A DNA stretch of 64,000 nucleotides from Pelagomonas calceolata. Its lineage: Eukaryota. The translations under genes and the position numbers were made by a program. The DNA lies in assembly GCA_918797485.1 (NCBI GenBank), contig CAKKNE010000004.1, positions 434,001 to 498,000 of the forward strand. Reading direction: 5' to 3'. This document shows positions 22,801-32,729 of the stretch, piece after piece. The notes beneath the pieces were generated by a model. It was not told where the DNA came from and made no database searches. It saw only the letters and a program-made list of their open reading frames with translations. The first letter of the stretch is position 1. Each line of letters opens with the position of its first letter.

Positions 22801-24271
22801 CCCACTTTTTGCGCCTGCCGAAGAGACGGAAGCGGACTTGCTCTCATCGCTAGCCGCTTTGGAAGATGCTGCCGCCGATCGGAGGGAACTGTTTCGGAGG
22901 AGACGGAAGCGCATCCAGGACAGGCAGCAGCAGAAGGTGGTCAGTGAGCAAGCCGCGGCCGACGCCGATCGAGCCGCGGCGGAGCTCATCGCCGAAGTTG
23001 AGGGAGAGGACGAGGCCAAGGAGAAGAAGAAGAAACGGAACAAGAAGAAAGCCAAGAAGAAGAAGGCGAAGCGCGATAGTGAAGAGAAGGCAGTCCCGGC
23101 GCCCGCTCCGGGCCGGGCGTCGCCGCGCCTCGAGGAGTTCACGTCATATGATGACAAGGACGACGCCGCGGCCGTGACGCCCGAGGACTCGGCAGACGAC
23201 GTTGTTGTACAAGCGCCCGCCGAGGCGGACTCGGACGACGGTGACGAGGCCGACACGCCGCTCGACGAGGCGCCGCGAGAGGTTGAGGTGGAGGACGCTC
23301 ATGACGACGCGGCGGCCGCGCGGCGCCTCGCCGTGCAGGCGCTGGAAATGGGCATCTCCACGGCGGCGGACGACATCCCCGAGGCCCTCGCGCGGGAGAT
23401 GGAGGCGGCCGACGCGGCGGCGGAGGTCGAGGCCGCGCGGCGCCCCGCAGCGCTCGCCCGCCCGGACCCGACGCCTGCCCGCCCGGCCGCCCCGCACCCG
23501 ACGCCCACGTTTGATGATAGCCAGTACACCACCGCCTTGGACGCGGCGGCACTGACGCCGCAGCAGCGCGCCGACGCCGAGAAAATAGCCAGAGAAATCG
23601 AGAGCGGCAATCTGAGGGTCGGCGCGGACGGCCTCCTCGCGGCGGCGCCGCACCCCGACTACAACGCCCGCCAGGAGGGCCAATTACTATCAAGGCAGCC
23701 GACGCTCGACAAGACGGACCCCACGCTCGAGGAATACGAGGCGATGCGAAAAGCGCAACTGGCACAGGGGCCGCCCGGCCTGGCGCCACCATCTGCACAG
23801 AGTTCGCCGAACGGCGTCGAGGCGACGTCTGTGAGCTTTGATGCGGAGGACGATGCTCTGGATGCTGCCTTACTAGATGCTGGGCTGGCATCTGATATCA
23901 GAACGAGAGACATCCTGCGGTGGGAAGGCATCGATGCGCACTCATTGATGTATCTGGAGTATGAAGACTACGTCAACTTGGATTTGAGGATGGGTGCTCG
24001 CGCGAAGTTGCGGCGGTGGGCCGCGTTGCAACGGTCTGAACCGGTGCCGGAGTGGTTGAAATGCCCGCTGTCTTCCGAATTATTTGACGACCCCGTTTTG
24101 CTAATTGTCGATTCCAGGACTTATGAAAGAAGTAGAATAGAGGCCTGGCTCGCGCGCCACGGCGCGTCGCCCTTCACGCAAGCGCCCGCGCGGGCGACGG
24201 ATCTGGTGTCGAATTTGGCGGTGCGGGCCGCGGCGGACGCGTTTCGGAGCGGTGGCCTTCGGGCGTCGTAA
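19862..24271 (+). CDS. Large helical protein with LsmAD-like motif, SAM-like domain and C-terminal U-box (E3 ligase)
   Basis: U-box PEWLKCPLSSELFDDPV...TYERSRIEAWL...SPFT; SAM-like ILRWEGID..LMYL....LDLRMGARAKL; TFDDSQYTT..AEKIAREIE. Confidence 0.8.
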   Translation: MEAGAALDEAMDALAQKNEDLTEDVQTFAKALDGLGEPLADAKAERRRLETIRAEYQSQRDHLLRKMAANESLPSDVKRTILEAAETGGRIVDALADVAATRRALADENDRPLGKPLSLEEDVTVKEEGSFFRGASLVKALEIPNNEDSDVAKACAVVLDPHRPPAVMADVESVISALKARTPSWRSCVAAANLAAHHNDVLDRRAELVPGLLRAACQRDAYYAQVFAGEALARLFRRGDAASINTVAPGAPLARLCKAVAERLMTEPRERHVAFLSLTQPQSPCAWRMFAARLARALVGGQRAQKLVREAALPLVRACAANCGPLRADASDDDHGRCFLPHCAAAVDVLARTHGSLFLERYEDRSLLGLVAVAAAPNLGSPDARTAVDVALQLRDRGEARAKGPEWSRFRDLAKEFIGRSPRHARGVDRGVVVGHCRAALPHLLVAACSIQDRAYLDNDIARCVDALAADLGDGRAGAALAVALLAAQTDSWSQRAARGLLPACGDLALCALEGLRHPPNEGLQQALDAIGDALCAWCDREDTRVGALAAVARLIRHVPHVITATSPHLVCWRRCAEAAERATKALSQEDANLCRDLAALWVASDASRCNQQDDEKAARACERLADRAVEGAGTPSARVSAKAVADLIAHGGFDVLTRILASDRDYPGEHEKHRRLHLVRAAHEAFAPLLLAARETLLPVSTPAKAISKEDPFRRQAGQLCERWVHSHDFRAALAVSSTALAEETCLLLDRVQGDNEHDPRSRATASGLVLIDCLFAAHKAVRKINEEQEDDSDSDDDTDEDMGQAWNQAAQLVLASLPHCLESACDACPLGAAFHVLFDLGLAGHVGSAASEEAAKVLINLLGSERLVDDGRKSTRSATLQPDSAPILARHAAAVALLIFAESRRGRNAWLRDVCLHQGLPPLLQIMARDAPESAQPKKKRAAAAAENAVRAAAHLLSLAARAASGRPYLRKALVDFDPLFAPAEETEADLLSSLAALEDAAADRRELFRRRRKRIQDRQQQKVVSEQAAADADRAAAELIAEVEGEDEAKEKKKKRNKKKAKKKKAKRDSEEKAVPAPAPGRASPRLEEFTSYDDKDDAAAVTPEDSADDVVVQAPAEADSDDGDEADTPLDEAPREVEVEDAHDDAAAARRLAVQALEMGISTAADDIPEALAREMEAADAAAEVEAARRPAALARPDPTPARPAAPHPTPTFDDSQYTTALDAAALTPQQRADAEKIAREIESGNLRVGADGLLAAAPHPDYNARQEGQLLSRQPTLDKTDPTLEEYEAMRKAQLAQGPPGLAPPSAQSSPNGVEATSVSFDAEDDALDAALLDAGLASDIRTRDILRWEGIDAHSLMYLEYEDYVNLDLRMGARAKLRRWAALQRSEPVPEWLKCPLSSELFDDPVLLIVDSRTYERSRIEAWLARHGASPFTQAPARATDLVSNLAVRAAADAFRSGGLRAS

Positions 24272-24301
24272 TTTTGGATTGTTGGTTGATTTTTATTCCT
24301 A

Positions 24302-24367
24302 GCAGCAGACGTATCGGCGCCGGCCCCTCCGCGAAAGGAAAGGCCGCCGCGTCACGGAGTCCGCCGC
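24302..24367 (-). promoter_or_regulatory. Putative SECIS element
   Basis: Minus strand: GCGGCGGAC-UCC-GUGAC-GCGGCGGCCUUUCC-[UUUCGC]-GGAGGGGCCGGCGC-CGAU-AC-GUCUGCUGC, i.e. helix I, UGAN/NGAN core and helix II. Confidence 0.75.
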
Positions 24368-24374
24368 AAAACAT

Positions 24375-24959
24375 TCACTGCAGCGCCGCCAAGCACGCGT
24401 CCGCGACCTCGTCCAGGTCGAGCGCCTTGAGGTCCTTGAAGGGTCGAGGTTCCGGTCCTGTCTCGGCCACGATTAGCGGTGGCCGACCCACGGGCATCGC
24501 TGTCACGCGGAAGACGCTCTTGCACGGCTTGTCGGGCAGGGGTTCTGCGGGCGTGAAGCCCTTCCGCGCGTGACCGACGACTTTGGCGCTGCTTGCCACG
24601 AGTCCCTGCACCTTCGCCGCCGCGCGCGCGAAGGCCTGTCAGCTCTTGCACGCTTCTATGAGTACGGTCGGCGTCATGGCCGTGACGGCCTGTGGCACGT
24701 CGCAATCGAGATCGAGCTCGTCCTCCATAATCTCGCCCGGGCCCAGCAAGCGCTCGATGAGCTCGGCCTTGCGCCCGCCGACTTTCAGCCCTTGCGCGCG
24801 CAGCTCATCTTTCAGTTGTGGTACTGTCTTGCGTAGTAACTCGAGCTCACGCTCCGCGCGCGACGCGGCATGGCGCACGAGCCGCAACGAGGCCGTGCGC
24901 GGCGCGTTAAACGCTGCCGTGCGAGCAGCCAGTGAGAGCATTATGAAGGACCGAGCCAT
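24375..24959 (-). CDS. SELENOH: SelH-like (Rdx family) selenoprotein with SAP domain and plastid-type presequence; Sec TGA at 24641-24639
   Basis: Two same-frame ORFs are joined by one TGA, giving VLIEACKS-U-QAFARAA (CxxU). A later KPCKSVFRV resembles SelH KPRRGSFEV. SAP motif TVPQLKDELRAQGLKVGGRKAELIERL. A SECIS-like hairpin follows. Confidence 0.85.
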
Positions 24960-25436
24960 CCGTCACGCCATCACGTCACTCTCAAACAGCGCTCTCCCAA
25001 AACTCTGAGATGCTCTGCGTACGCAGACGCTTTCAACGCCGCGTTTTTAGCACACCGTTGCGTCCAGCAGCCAAATAGCGGTCTTCAAAGGCTTTGAAAC
25101 AACGCGTCGTCCACCACCGCGTCCAGCACGCCGATCCTCACAAAAGCTGGAGCTAGCGATCGTAAGACACTAGCATGCCGGCTTGTCGGTGTTTGTGTTT
25201 TGGCCGCTACCGCACAGATTTGCAAGCCAGGACTCAACGTCGTCACAAGGAGTCACGACGGAACAGATCGGCACGATATCAAGGCGTCCGACGCCTCGAT
25301 CAGTGGCAATTGGGTAAAACCAAAAAAGCCAGGCCGACGTGGACCGGCCGTAACGACGCGAGAGAGGACTTAAGCGGTCACGAACGCTAGCGACGCGCCG
25401 GCAAAGAGAAAGAGAGTAGCAAGCTGTCACGGTGCC

Positions 25437-26991
25437 ATGCGCGCACAACTACTCCTCGTGGCGAGCACATTAGCCCTCCAGAAGGTCCCCCTGCAGCGCC
25501 AGGCCACGACGCGACGACGCCTCAGTGTAGGCGGCCGGACGGACCTCAAGACCTGCGACGACAACGTCTTCTACGCGGAGGCGTCGCTCGGGACGCCGCC
25601 GCAAACTTTCCAACTATTAATCGACACGGGCTCCATCGGGGGATTGGGTATTGGGCGATCCGTTCCTGCGGGCTTTTTATTTGGCGTTGGACTTCGACGA
25701 GGATCGCGTGGGCGTGGCGCCGTCGTTTCCGCTCGGCTCTCATCCGGCGCGCATCGTGCGGGCGTCCGAGGGCGCGCCGGCCGACGAGGCCGAGGACGCG
25801 ACGTGCCGCGACGACCCGGCCTTCTTCTACGGCGGCGACGAGGACAACGACTGCGCGCACGTCGCCGCCAAGCCCTCGCGGTGCGACGACTCGGACAATA
25901 ACGATGGAGAGCGCACGGCGCGGGAGGCCTGCGCGAAGACGTGCGGCACATGCCCGACGCCGGGGCCGACGGCGTCGGAGGAGGCGTGCGCGGACGACGC
26001 TTCCTGGTACTACGATAACGACGAAGATCGGGATTGTGAACATGTCGCGGCGAACGCGCAAAGTCGGTGCGACGCCGATAATACTAACGACGAGGGCGTC
26101 ACGGCGTTGGAGGCCTGCCGCGTGACGTGCGGCGCGTGCCCCGCCGCGACGCCCGCGACCGAGGGCCCGACGCCCGAAGCGAAGGAGCCAACGCCGGCGC
26201 CGACGGCGGCCCCGTCCACGACCGTGGTCACGGAGGCTCCGACGGGCGCCTGCCAAGACTCGGCAACCTGGTTCTATAGTGGAGATGAATGGAAGACGTG
26301 CGCGTACGTTGGCCAGGAGCTCAAGCGCTGCAAGGAATCGAACGTCGACGACGATGGTATATCAGCATTGGAGGCCTGCCCCGTGACCTGTGACACGTGC
26401 GATGCGGCGCCTTCACAAAAGCCGACGGCGGCACCCGTTCTACCAGTGACTGGTGATGATCAATTTGACGACGACGACGAGCCGACGCAGAGCCCCGTGG
26501 CCAATTGCGCCGACTCCCTCGAGTGGTACATGTACATCGGGAACGAGCTGCAGACGTGCGGCGCCGTCGCTGGTAATCCAGATCTTTGCAAGGTCGGCGA
26601 TACGGCGGAGAACTGCCGGAAGTCGTGTGGTACCTGTGGCGTGTTCGTGGAGACGCCGCGGCCCTCGACAAAACCGTCGCCGGCGCCCACGGAGGACTTC
26701 GAGGCCTCCGGCCGCGACCGCTCCGTGTCGGCGCGGGGGCTCCCGGCGATGGGCTGGCTCCTCGTCTTCGTCGTCGTCGGTTTGGTCGCCGCGGCGGTCA
26801 TGTGTCTCGTCTGTCGGAAAAGACGGTCTTCTGCGCGACTCAACTCCGAGGACAACTGGCAGGCGCAGTGGTCGCAGGTCTCGAGCACGACGCCGGCCGG
26901 GGGCGCCGTCGAGCTCCACCAGGTGGGTGTGCGGAACCCGATGGCCGATCATCGCGAGAAGGGGTTCTCGGACGTGAACCTGGGCGTGTAG
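25437..26991 (+). pseudogene. Pepsin-like aspartic protease remnant fused to four Cys-rich repeats and a TM segment; catalytic core missing, frameshift near 25635
   Basis: YAEASLGTPPQTFQLLIDTGS is immediately followed in another frame by DWVLGDPFLRAFY..DF..DRVG.A. Then come C.D...W...C..V....RC....A.EAC..TC..C repeats and a TM helix. Confidence 0.6.
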
Positions 26992-27471
26992 CCTAGTCGA
27001 GGGGTCCGTGTCGTAACGAGATTATCTATATGTTGCATACTACTATCACTACTAAATTTGATGATGGGGGTCACGCAAACTCGTAGAGGGACTCGGTTGC
27101 TCGGTGGTCCTAGTGTGTTACTTGGCCGCTAGCTTCGCCGACGCGCGCTTCAGCGGCCGCAGTGGTCGAAAAACGTGGTCAGGAGGACAGTGGAGGACAG
27201 CAGACGTGCCGTGCGTTACTACTTCGAAGCCTTGGCAGCGTAGAGCCACGGCTCGGCACTTTCCCGGCATTTCCCTTCAGCCCTGGCCTAATCTGCCGCG
27301 GCGCGGAGGGATCCCCCGAGAGCAGCAGACGGGAACAGGAGCCGGCGCGCGACGCTTTCGACGCGTTGGCAGCGTTTGGTAAACCGCTACGCCTATTTTC
27401 CCGACGCGCCGTGATCGGACGTGGTGCACTATTTCTCGACGCTGTGAGTGGCGCGCACTGCACATAGAAAA

Positions 27472-28818
27472 ATGAAGCGCTCGCCGCGGCGCGAGCGCGG
27501 CTCCAACATCGAGCCCATCGAGCTGCTGCTAGACCGGCCGCGCCCGGCGCCGGTGGAGCGGCGCTGCTGCTGCACGCCGCGGAGCCTCGCGAACGCCGTC
27601 CGCTGCTTCCACTGTTTGGCGAGGCGCGGCATGCAGCAGTTCCGGCGAACGCGCTCGGCGCCGCCGACGCCGCGGGATGAAGAGGGTGGAGTCATTTCCC
27701 CGCTAATCCTCGCGAGCCCGCCGCGGCGCAAGCGGCGGAGCCCCTCCGAGGCGCGGACTGTGTCGACGTGCGCCACGCCGGCGAACACGCCGTACGGCGC
27801 CCCGGCGCCCGCGGGCGCCTTTCCGTCGCCGCCGCGGCCGACGGGTGCCAAGATCTCGCCATCCGTGCAACCGGGCTCTGTCGCTGCGCGACTCAAGGCG
27901 ATGCAGTCTGCGAAGCCGGCGCCGCCACCCCCGCGCCCGCCAAGCGCCGCCGCAGAACGTTTGCGAGCGCGTCGAGCGGCGCCGGCGTGCGGGCGGTGCG
28001 GTCTGGACGTGCATGTCGCAGATAGGGTCGTCCACCGAGACACCGCCTACCACGCCCAGTGCCTCCGCTGCGGCGCCTGCCGCCGGTCCGTTGTGGATCT
28101 CGCCTGGGGAACTCTCGACGGCGACGACGTCCTCCTCTGCGACGATCGTGCCAGATCGTGCCTCGTAAAAGCCAGGACAGCGAGCCTCGCGCACGCGAAG
28201 GCCGACAAGGACGAAAGACCGAGCGCCACGGACGTCGCGGGCATGCGCGAGGCGCGATTGCGAGCCGTGGAGCTCGTGGGCGACGAGCTCGAGCAGCTCG
28301 CGCTGACGGGCATTGCGCCGACGTGCGCGCTGTGCGGCGGCCGCTTCGCGCCTTCCGATCGGATTGTCATGCAGGGCATGGTCAAGATGCACGAGGCCTG
28401 CATGACCGGCTCGAAACCGGCGCAATGTAACGGCCCGCGGCTGCCGCCCGCGCGGGCGCTCAAGGACGCGCTGGCCACGCTGGTGATCAAGGTCTCGCTC
28501 GGCAAGGGCGTCGCGACGTTCTACGTCGCGCGCGTCGAGCAGGATGACGAGACCTGCGTCGCCTACAGGCCGGATCCCGCCGCGCGGGCGCCGCCGAAGC
28601 GCCGCGTCGACATCGATGCCCTCGCCGGCGCGACGGTGCGGGCCCTGTCGCTGCAGGGGGCGGAGGTCGCCCCTGCTACGACGCTGGACGGAGAGATTGC
28701 GCCGTTCCGCTGGACGGCCCAGGGCCTCGACTGGCACTTCGACGTGCGCTTCGCCATCGATTCGACCAAAAGCGTCGTCGCGGTGGACGGCGCCACACTC
28801 ACCGTCACAATCAATTGA
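27472..28818 (+). CDS. LIM-domain protein
   Basis: CGRC...HAQCLRCGAC..C and a second CALC...HEAC; Pro-rich N-terminus. Start may instead be 27631. Confidence 0.7.
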   Translation: MKRSPRRERGSNIEPIELLLDRPRPAPVERRCCCTPRSLANAVRCFHCLARRGMQQFRRTRSAPPTPRDEEGGVISPLILASPPRRKRRSPSEARTVSTCATPANTPYGAPAPAGAFPSPPRPTGAKISPSVQPGSVAARLKAMQSAKPAPPPPRPPSAAAERLRARRAAPACGRCGLDVHVADRVVHRDTAYHAQCLRCGACRRSVVDLAWGTLDGDDVLLCDDRARSCLVKARTASLAHAKADKDERPSATDVAGMREARLRAVELVGDELEQLALTGIAPTCALCGGRFAPSDRIVMQGMVKMHEACMTGSKPAQCNGPRLPPARALKDALATLVIKVSLGKGVATFYVARVEQDDETCVAYRPDPAARAPPKRRVDIDALAGATVRALSLQGAEVAPATTLDGEIAPFRWTAQGLDWHFDVRFAIDSTKSVVAVDGATLTVTIN

Positions 28819-28925
28819 ACGACCCCCCACGACCAACCCCCTTATCTATGACCACGATGTGAACTAACAAACAATTCTGCTGTAGCCAGGGCCCAGGGCT
28901 GCCTTGTAGTATGTGAACAACAAAC

Positions 28926-31900
28926 TTAAAACGGGGCATTGTATCGCCCGGTGTCGACGTACTCGGCCACCATAGATTTCACGAGGTGGTTGTCCACCAG
29001 GTGTAGGTGCTCCAACGGCGCGCCAGTCGTCGGCGACGTAGTGTTGCCGCGGGCAAGCCAGTCCTCGATGCTACGCCGGTCATAGGTATGCCCGTCCGCG
29101 GCAATCACCGGCCGCTCCATCAACTCGAGAGAGATCGGACAGCAGAGTCGCTCGGGGAGATCCACGGACCCCGCCGCCGGTGTATCCTCCGCGGCAGTCG
29201 CTGGCTCCTCCGCGGCAGTATCTGCCGGCTCCGCCGCCGGTTCCGCGTCCGGTACCGCCACAAGGGCCGTCCCCGCCGCGCGCCGCGCCTCGAACTCCAC
29301 TGTAGAGACGATTTTTCGCGCGTCAGCGGCGGCGACGCCCGCTTCAACCAGATCCTCGACGGTCAAGAACGGCAGCGCGTTCTCGTCGATCTGTTCGCGC
29401 GCGAAGACCGGACCCACGCGCTCCTCGAGGCCGAGGCGGTGGAGCAGCATGACAACTTCGTCGTGCTGTTGCGGCTCGTCGATGGTCGGCTCGGCGACGG
29501 CCTCCTCGACAGACGGCGCGTCGACGGTGGGTATCGGAGCAGCGCCGCCGCGTTTCCCCCTCCTCTTTTTCTTTTTTTTCTTGGCCGCGGCGGCGGACGC
29601 CTCGGCCGCTTCCTCGGCAGCGAGGAGCTCCGCGGCGGCCTGATCAGCAGCTTTCGCCTTGGCCTCAACAGACGCCTCGGACGCCGTCTCCGCCTCGTCG
29701 TCGTCCGGCGAGGGCGCGCGCTCGGCCTCTGCTCGCGCGGCCTCTTCGCGCTTGGCCGCTTCCCACTCTGCCAGCTTGCGCCGGCGCTCCTCCGCCTGTT
29801 TCCGCTTGGCCCGCAGCTTCTCCTCTTTCTCCTTCTCCCGCGCCTTCGACTTCCTCGCCGCGAGTTCCCTCTTCGAGGGCTCGGTGCGCGCGGCGGGGTC
29901 CGGGAGGGCAAAGCTGTCAGCCGCCTCGCGGCGCAGCCGGTCCGTTTCGGCCGCCTTCGCCTCGGCTTCTGCGGCCATGGCCTTGGCCTTGGCCCTGGCG
30001 CCGGCCTCGGCCTCGGCGCTGCGGAAGCGGTCGGCCACCTTGACGACGCGGCGCGTCCGTAGCTTCTCCTCGCTCGCGCGCTGGAACGAGCCGCCGTCGT
30101 CTCGGGGCGGATCCGTGAACTCCGGCATTTGTCCTGCCATATCGTCCGCCTGCTTCTCCGCGAACTCTAGTATCCGGCGGAAATCCTTGTGCGGCAGCGA
30201 ACGCACATACTCCAGGCACTCGGAAACCTGGTCTTCGCTGAACCCCAAAGGTCTTCGCAAACTATCACGAACCTCCATCGGCATGGTTAGCATCCTGGCG
30301 CGCCACCCCTCGGGACTGACCGGCGTTACAACGCCGTGGAAGCGGGCGTTCAAAATGGCATGTTGCAGTAGGGATGTAGCAACTCTCCACCGGGAGAACT
30401 CCTCCATATCCACCGGTTCCTCTTCATCGTCGTCCGAGTCTTGCTCCGAGTCCGAGTCCGACTCCGGCTCCGGTTCGGGCTTCGCCGCCGCGTGCCGCCG
30501 CCGCGGCCCGGGTCGCTCGCGCCGCTCCTCGTCGCGCAGGAGCTCGGCGGCCGCCTCGTCGGCGGCGCGGCGGGCCTGGTCGTCGGCTCGGCCGCGGGCT
30601 CCGTCGCGCGCGCGGTTGACGCAGTCGAGCGCGCGGTTGACGACGGCGCCGATCCCGTCGCGGACGGCTCCGGCGAGCCACCACCACGCGGTTTTGCCTT
30701 CGGCTTTGCCTTCGGCTTCGTGTGGGGCACCCGTCAGCATACCGAGGCCGCGCCAGAACAAGAGCCCGCCGCCGAAAGATTGGACCAAGACCGTCACCTG
30801 GCCGTCCGTGTAGAACGTGTCCGCGTACATCACGCAGAGCGTCGCGCATGCGCGGAACCAGGCTTGACGTTCGGACAGTAGTTTGTCAAATATCGCCCAG
30901 TAGCCGGTGAAGATGCAATGGAACATGAAGCAGTTGGAAGCGCACTGGAGGCTCAGCGCGATCGCCAGGCCTTTCTTGTTAAGCGTCTCAAACTGGCCCC
31001 GCTCGTACCAGGCGAAGACCGCCGCCAGAAGGACCAGGCCGACGTATCCCAGGGTGGTCGACAGCAACGAGAACTTGGTGGCATCCGAGGTGCGGGAGGC
31101 GCCGTCGCGCGGCCCCGCGCCGAAGAAGAAGCGCTTCGAGGCATTGAGCACGATCCCCCCGAAGAGCGCGCGGCACGCGGCATACTGTCCGAATATGTAG
31201 AACAGGGCGCCGGGCTGCATAAGTGCCTGCCCGCCGAAGTAGATCGCCAGGGCGCACCCGGCGTCGATGAACCAGGCGTTCATCTTGGGATGCCTGATGC
31301 GCGCGACGCTTCCTTGGAAGCCCCACGCGACGAGCGCAGCTCGCACGGAATACCGGCGCCAGGTGTAGGGGAGAAGACCCCGAGGACGGTCGAGCATCTC
31401 CGCCAGTCCGCCGGGTGAAAGTGCGTCGTTCTCGCCGAGGAATTCTGCGCGGGCCGCGGCCGCGACGGCGCCCGGCTCCATTACGAGCGCCAACACGAGA
31501 AAGAGCTTCCCGACGCGCCTCGTGCGTCCGCTCCAAATCCTATTCTCCACGCTCTCGTCGTAAACCCCTACATACGCCATCACGATCCACGCGAAACCAA
31601 CGATCAGGTGCCAGGCGTGGAACCAAAGCGCCGCCAGGAGCGCCAGGCCACCCGCGTAGACCGCCACCCGCCACTCTGCCCTGACATGAGACGCCAGCTC
31701 GTTTACACCTAACATGAAGTAGCCCACCGTGCCCATGAGCCCGAAAATGCACCTCGCGCCGTACCGGAGCCACTCCCACGCCCAGACGGCCCGCGGCGCG
31801 CCGCCCGCGATCAGGGCCGCGACGCGTATGCCCTGTGCGGTCTCCGCCGTAACCACCACACAGTAGCCTGCCGCGAACGCTGCGAGGCACAAGGCGACGC

Positions 31901-32729
31901 CCGCGACGGCGAGTTCCCTGTTGCTTAATCCGCGCTCGCGCCGCAGCGACACCCAGCGGCGCAGGTCGGTCGCGAAGCACTCTTCCGTGCGAGAGTCGAC
32001 ATCACACAAGCCGTGAAAGTAATAGTCATACGCCAGCGCCAGCGCGCCGCAGGTCACCGCGCAACGCGGGATGTACCAGCACGCAGGGACGGTGAGACCC
32101 AAGATGGATAGCAAAAAAATCCTATAGGGCAAGTCCTCTGCTAGGTCGTAGGTATATACGATCTCGTCCAGCCCTCGCCCTACCACATAAAACGTGGGGA
32201 ATCCCCTCGCGCACCAGTCCGCAACGAAGCCCGCCCAAGATTTGTACGCAGCTGCCCACGAGCTAGGGCACGCAGCCGGAACCACGAGCACGGCGCCTGC
32301 GACAACGCCTGCGACGGCGCCTTCCCCGACGCTTAATCCGCGCTCGCGCCGCAGCGAGACCCAGCGGCGCAGGTCGGTCGCGAAGCACTCGTCCACGAAC
32401 TCGTCGCCGCGCCAGCCCGCCGCAGAGTCGTGAACGTAGAAGTCATACGCCAGCGCCAGCCAGCCGCAGGTCGCCGCGCCAAGCGGGATGTACCAGCACG
32501 CAGGGACCGTCAGACCCAACATCAATAGTATAAAGATCAAATGGCTATCGTGGTAGTGCCAGTCGATCTCGTCCAGGCAGCGCCCTACCATATAAGCCCA
32601 GGGGAGTCCCCTCACGCACCAGGACACAGCGGAGACCACCCAAGACAAGCACGCAGCTGCCCACGAGTTAGAGTACGCAACGAGAGCCACGACGGCTGCG
32701 CCGACGACCGCTTTCCCATGGTCGACCAT
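28926..32729 (-). CDS. Polytopic membrane protein with C-terminal SAM-like and U-box domains
   Basis: Many TM segments; U-box LCCPISLELMERPVIAADGHTYDRRSIEDWL...TSPTTG; SAM-like FAREQIDENALPFLTVEDL. Confidence 0.8.
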   Translation of the reverse strand: MVDHGKAVVGAAVVALVAYSNSWAAACLSWVVSAVSWCVRGLPWAYMVGRCLDEIDWHYHDSHLIFILLMLGLTVPACWYIPLGAATCGWLALAYDFYVHDSAAGWRGDEFVDECFATDLRRWVSLRRERGLSVGEGAVAGVVAGAVLVVPAACPSSWAAAYKSWAGFVADWCARGFPTFYVVGRGLDEIVYTYDLAEDLPYRIFLLSILGLTVPACWYIPRCAVTCGALALAYDYYFHGLCDVDSRTEECFATDLRRWVSLRRERGLSNRELAVAGVALCLAAFAAGYCVVVTAETAQGIRVAALIAGGAPRAVWAWEWLRYGARCIFGLMGTVGYFMLGVNELASHVRAEWRVAVYAGGLALLAALWFHAWHLIVGFAWIVMAYVGVYDESVENRIWSGRTRRVGKLFLVLALVMEPGAVAAAARAEFLGENDALSPGGLAEMLDRPRGLLPYTWRRYSVRAALVAWGFQGSVARIRHPKMNAWFIDAGCALAIYFGGQALMQPGALFYIFGQYAACRALFGGIVLNASKRFFFGAGPRDGASRTSDATKFSLLSTTLGYVGLVLLAAVFAWYERGQFETLNKKGLAIALSLQCASNCFMFHCIFTGYWAIFDKLLSERQAWFRACATLCVMYADTFYTDGQVTVLVQSFGGGLLFWRGLGMLTGAPHEAEGKAEGKTAWWWLAGAVRDGIGAVVNRALDCVNRARDGARGRADDQARRAADEAAAELLRDEERRERPGPRRRHAAAKPEPEPESDSDSEQDSDDDEEEPVDMEEFSRWRVATSLLQHAILNARFHGVVTPVSPEGWRARMLTMPMEVRDSLRRPLGFSEDQVSECLEYVRSLPHKDFRRILEFAEKQADDMAGQMPEFTDPPRDDGGSFQRASEEKLRTRRVVKVADRFRSAEAEAGARAKAKAMAAEAEAKAAETDRLRREAADSFALPDPAARTEPSKRELAARKSKAREKEKEEKLRAKRKQAEERRRKLAEWEAAKREEAARAEAERAPSPDDDEAETASEASVEAKAKAADQAAAELLAAEEAAEASAAAAKKKKKKRRGKRGGAAPIPTVDAPSVEEAVAEPTIDEPQQHDEVVMLLHRLGLEERVGPVFAREQIDENALPFLTVEDLVEAGVAAADARKIVSTVEFEARRAAGTALVAVPDAEPAAEPADTAAEEPATAAEDTPAAGSVDLPERLCCPISLELMERPVIAADGHTYDRRSIEDWLARGNTTSPTTGAPLEHLHLVDNHLVKSMVAEYVDTGRYNAPF
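31910..32660 (-). repeat. Internal tandem duplication (~410-bp period) in the membrane U-box gene
   Basis: LGLTVPACWYIP..A.TCG.LALAYD.Y and ECFATDLRRWVSLRRERGLS each occur twice, with near-identical DNA. Confidence 0.85.

Noticed and set aside
24375..24377. Second TGA read as another Sec
   Set aside because: It lies only ~8 nt from the SECIS, too close for recoding, and the downstream frame runs through the hairpin; treated as the stop.
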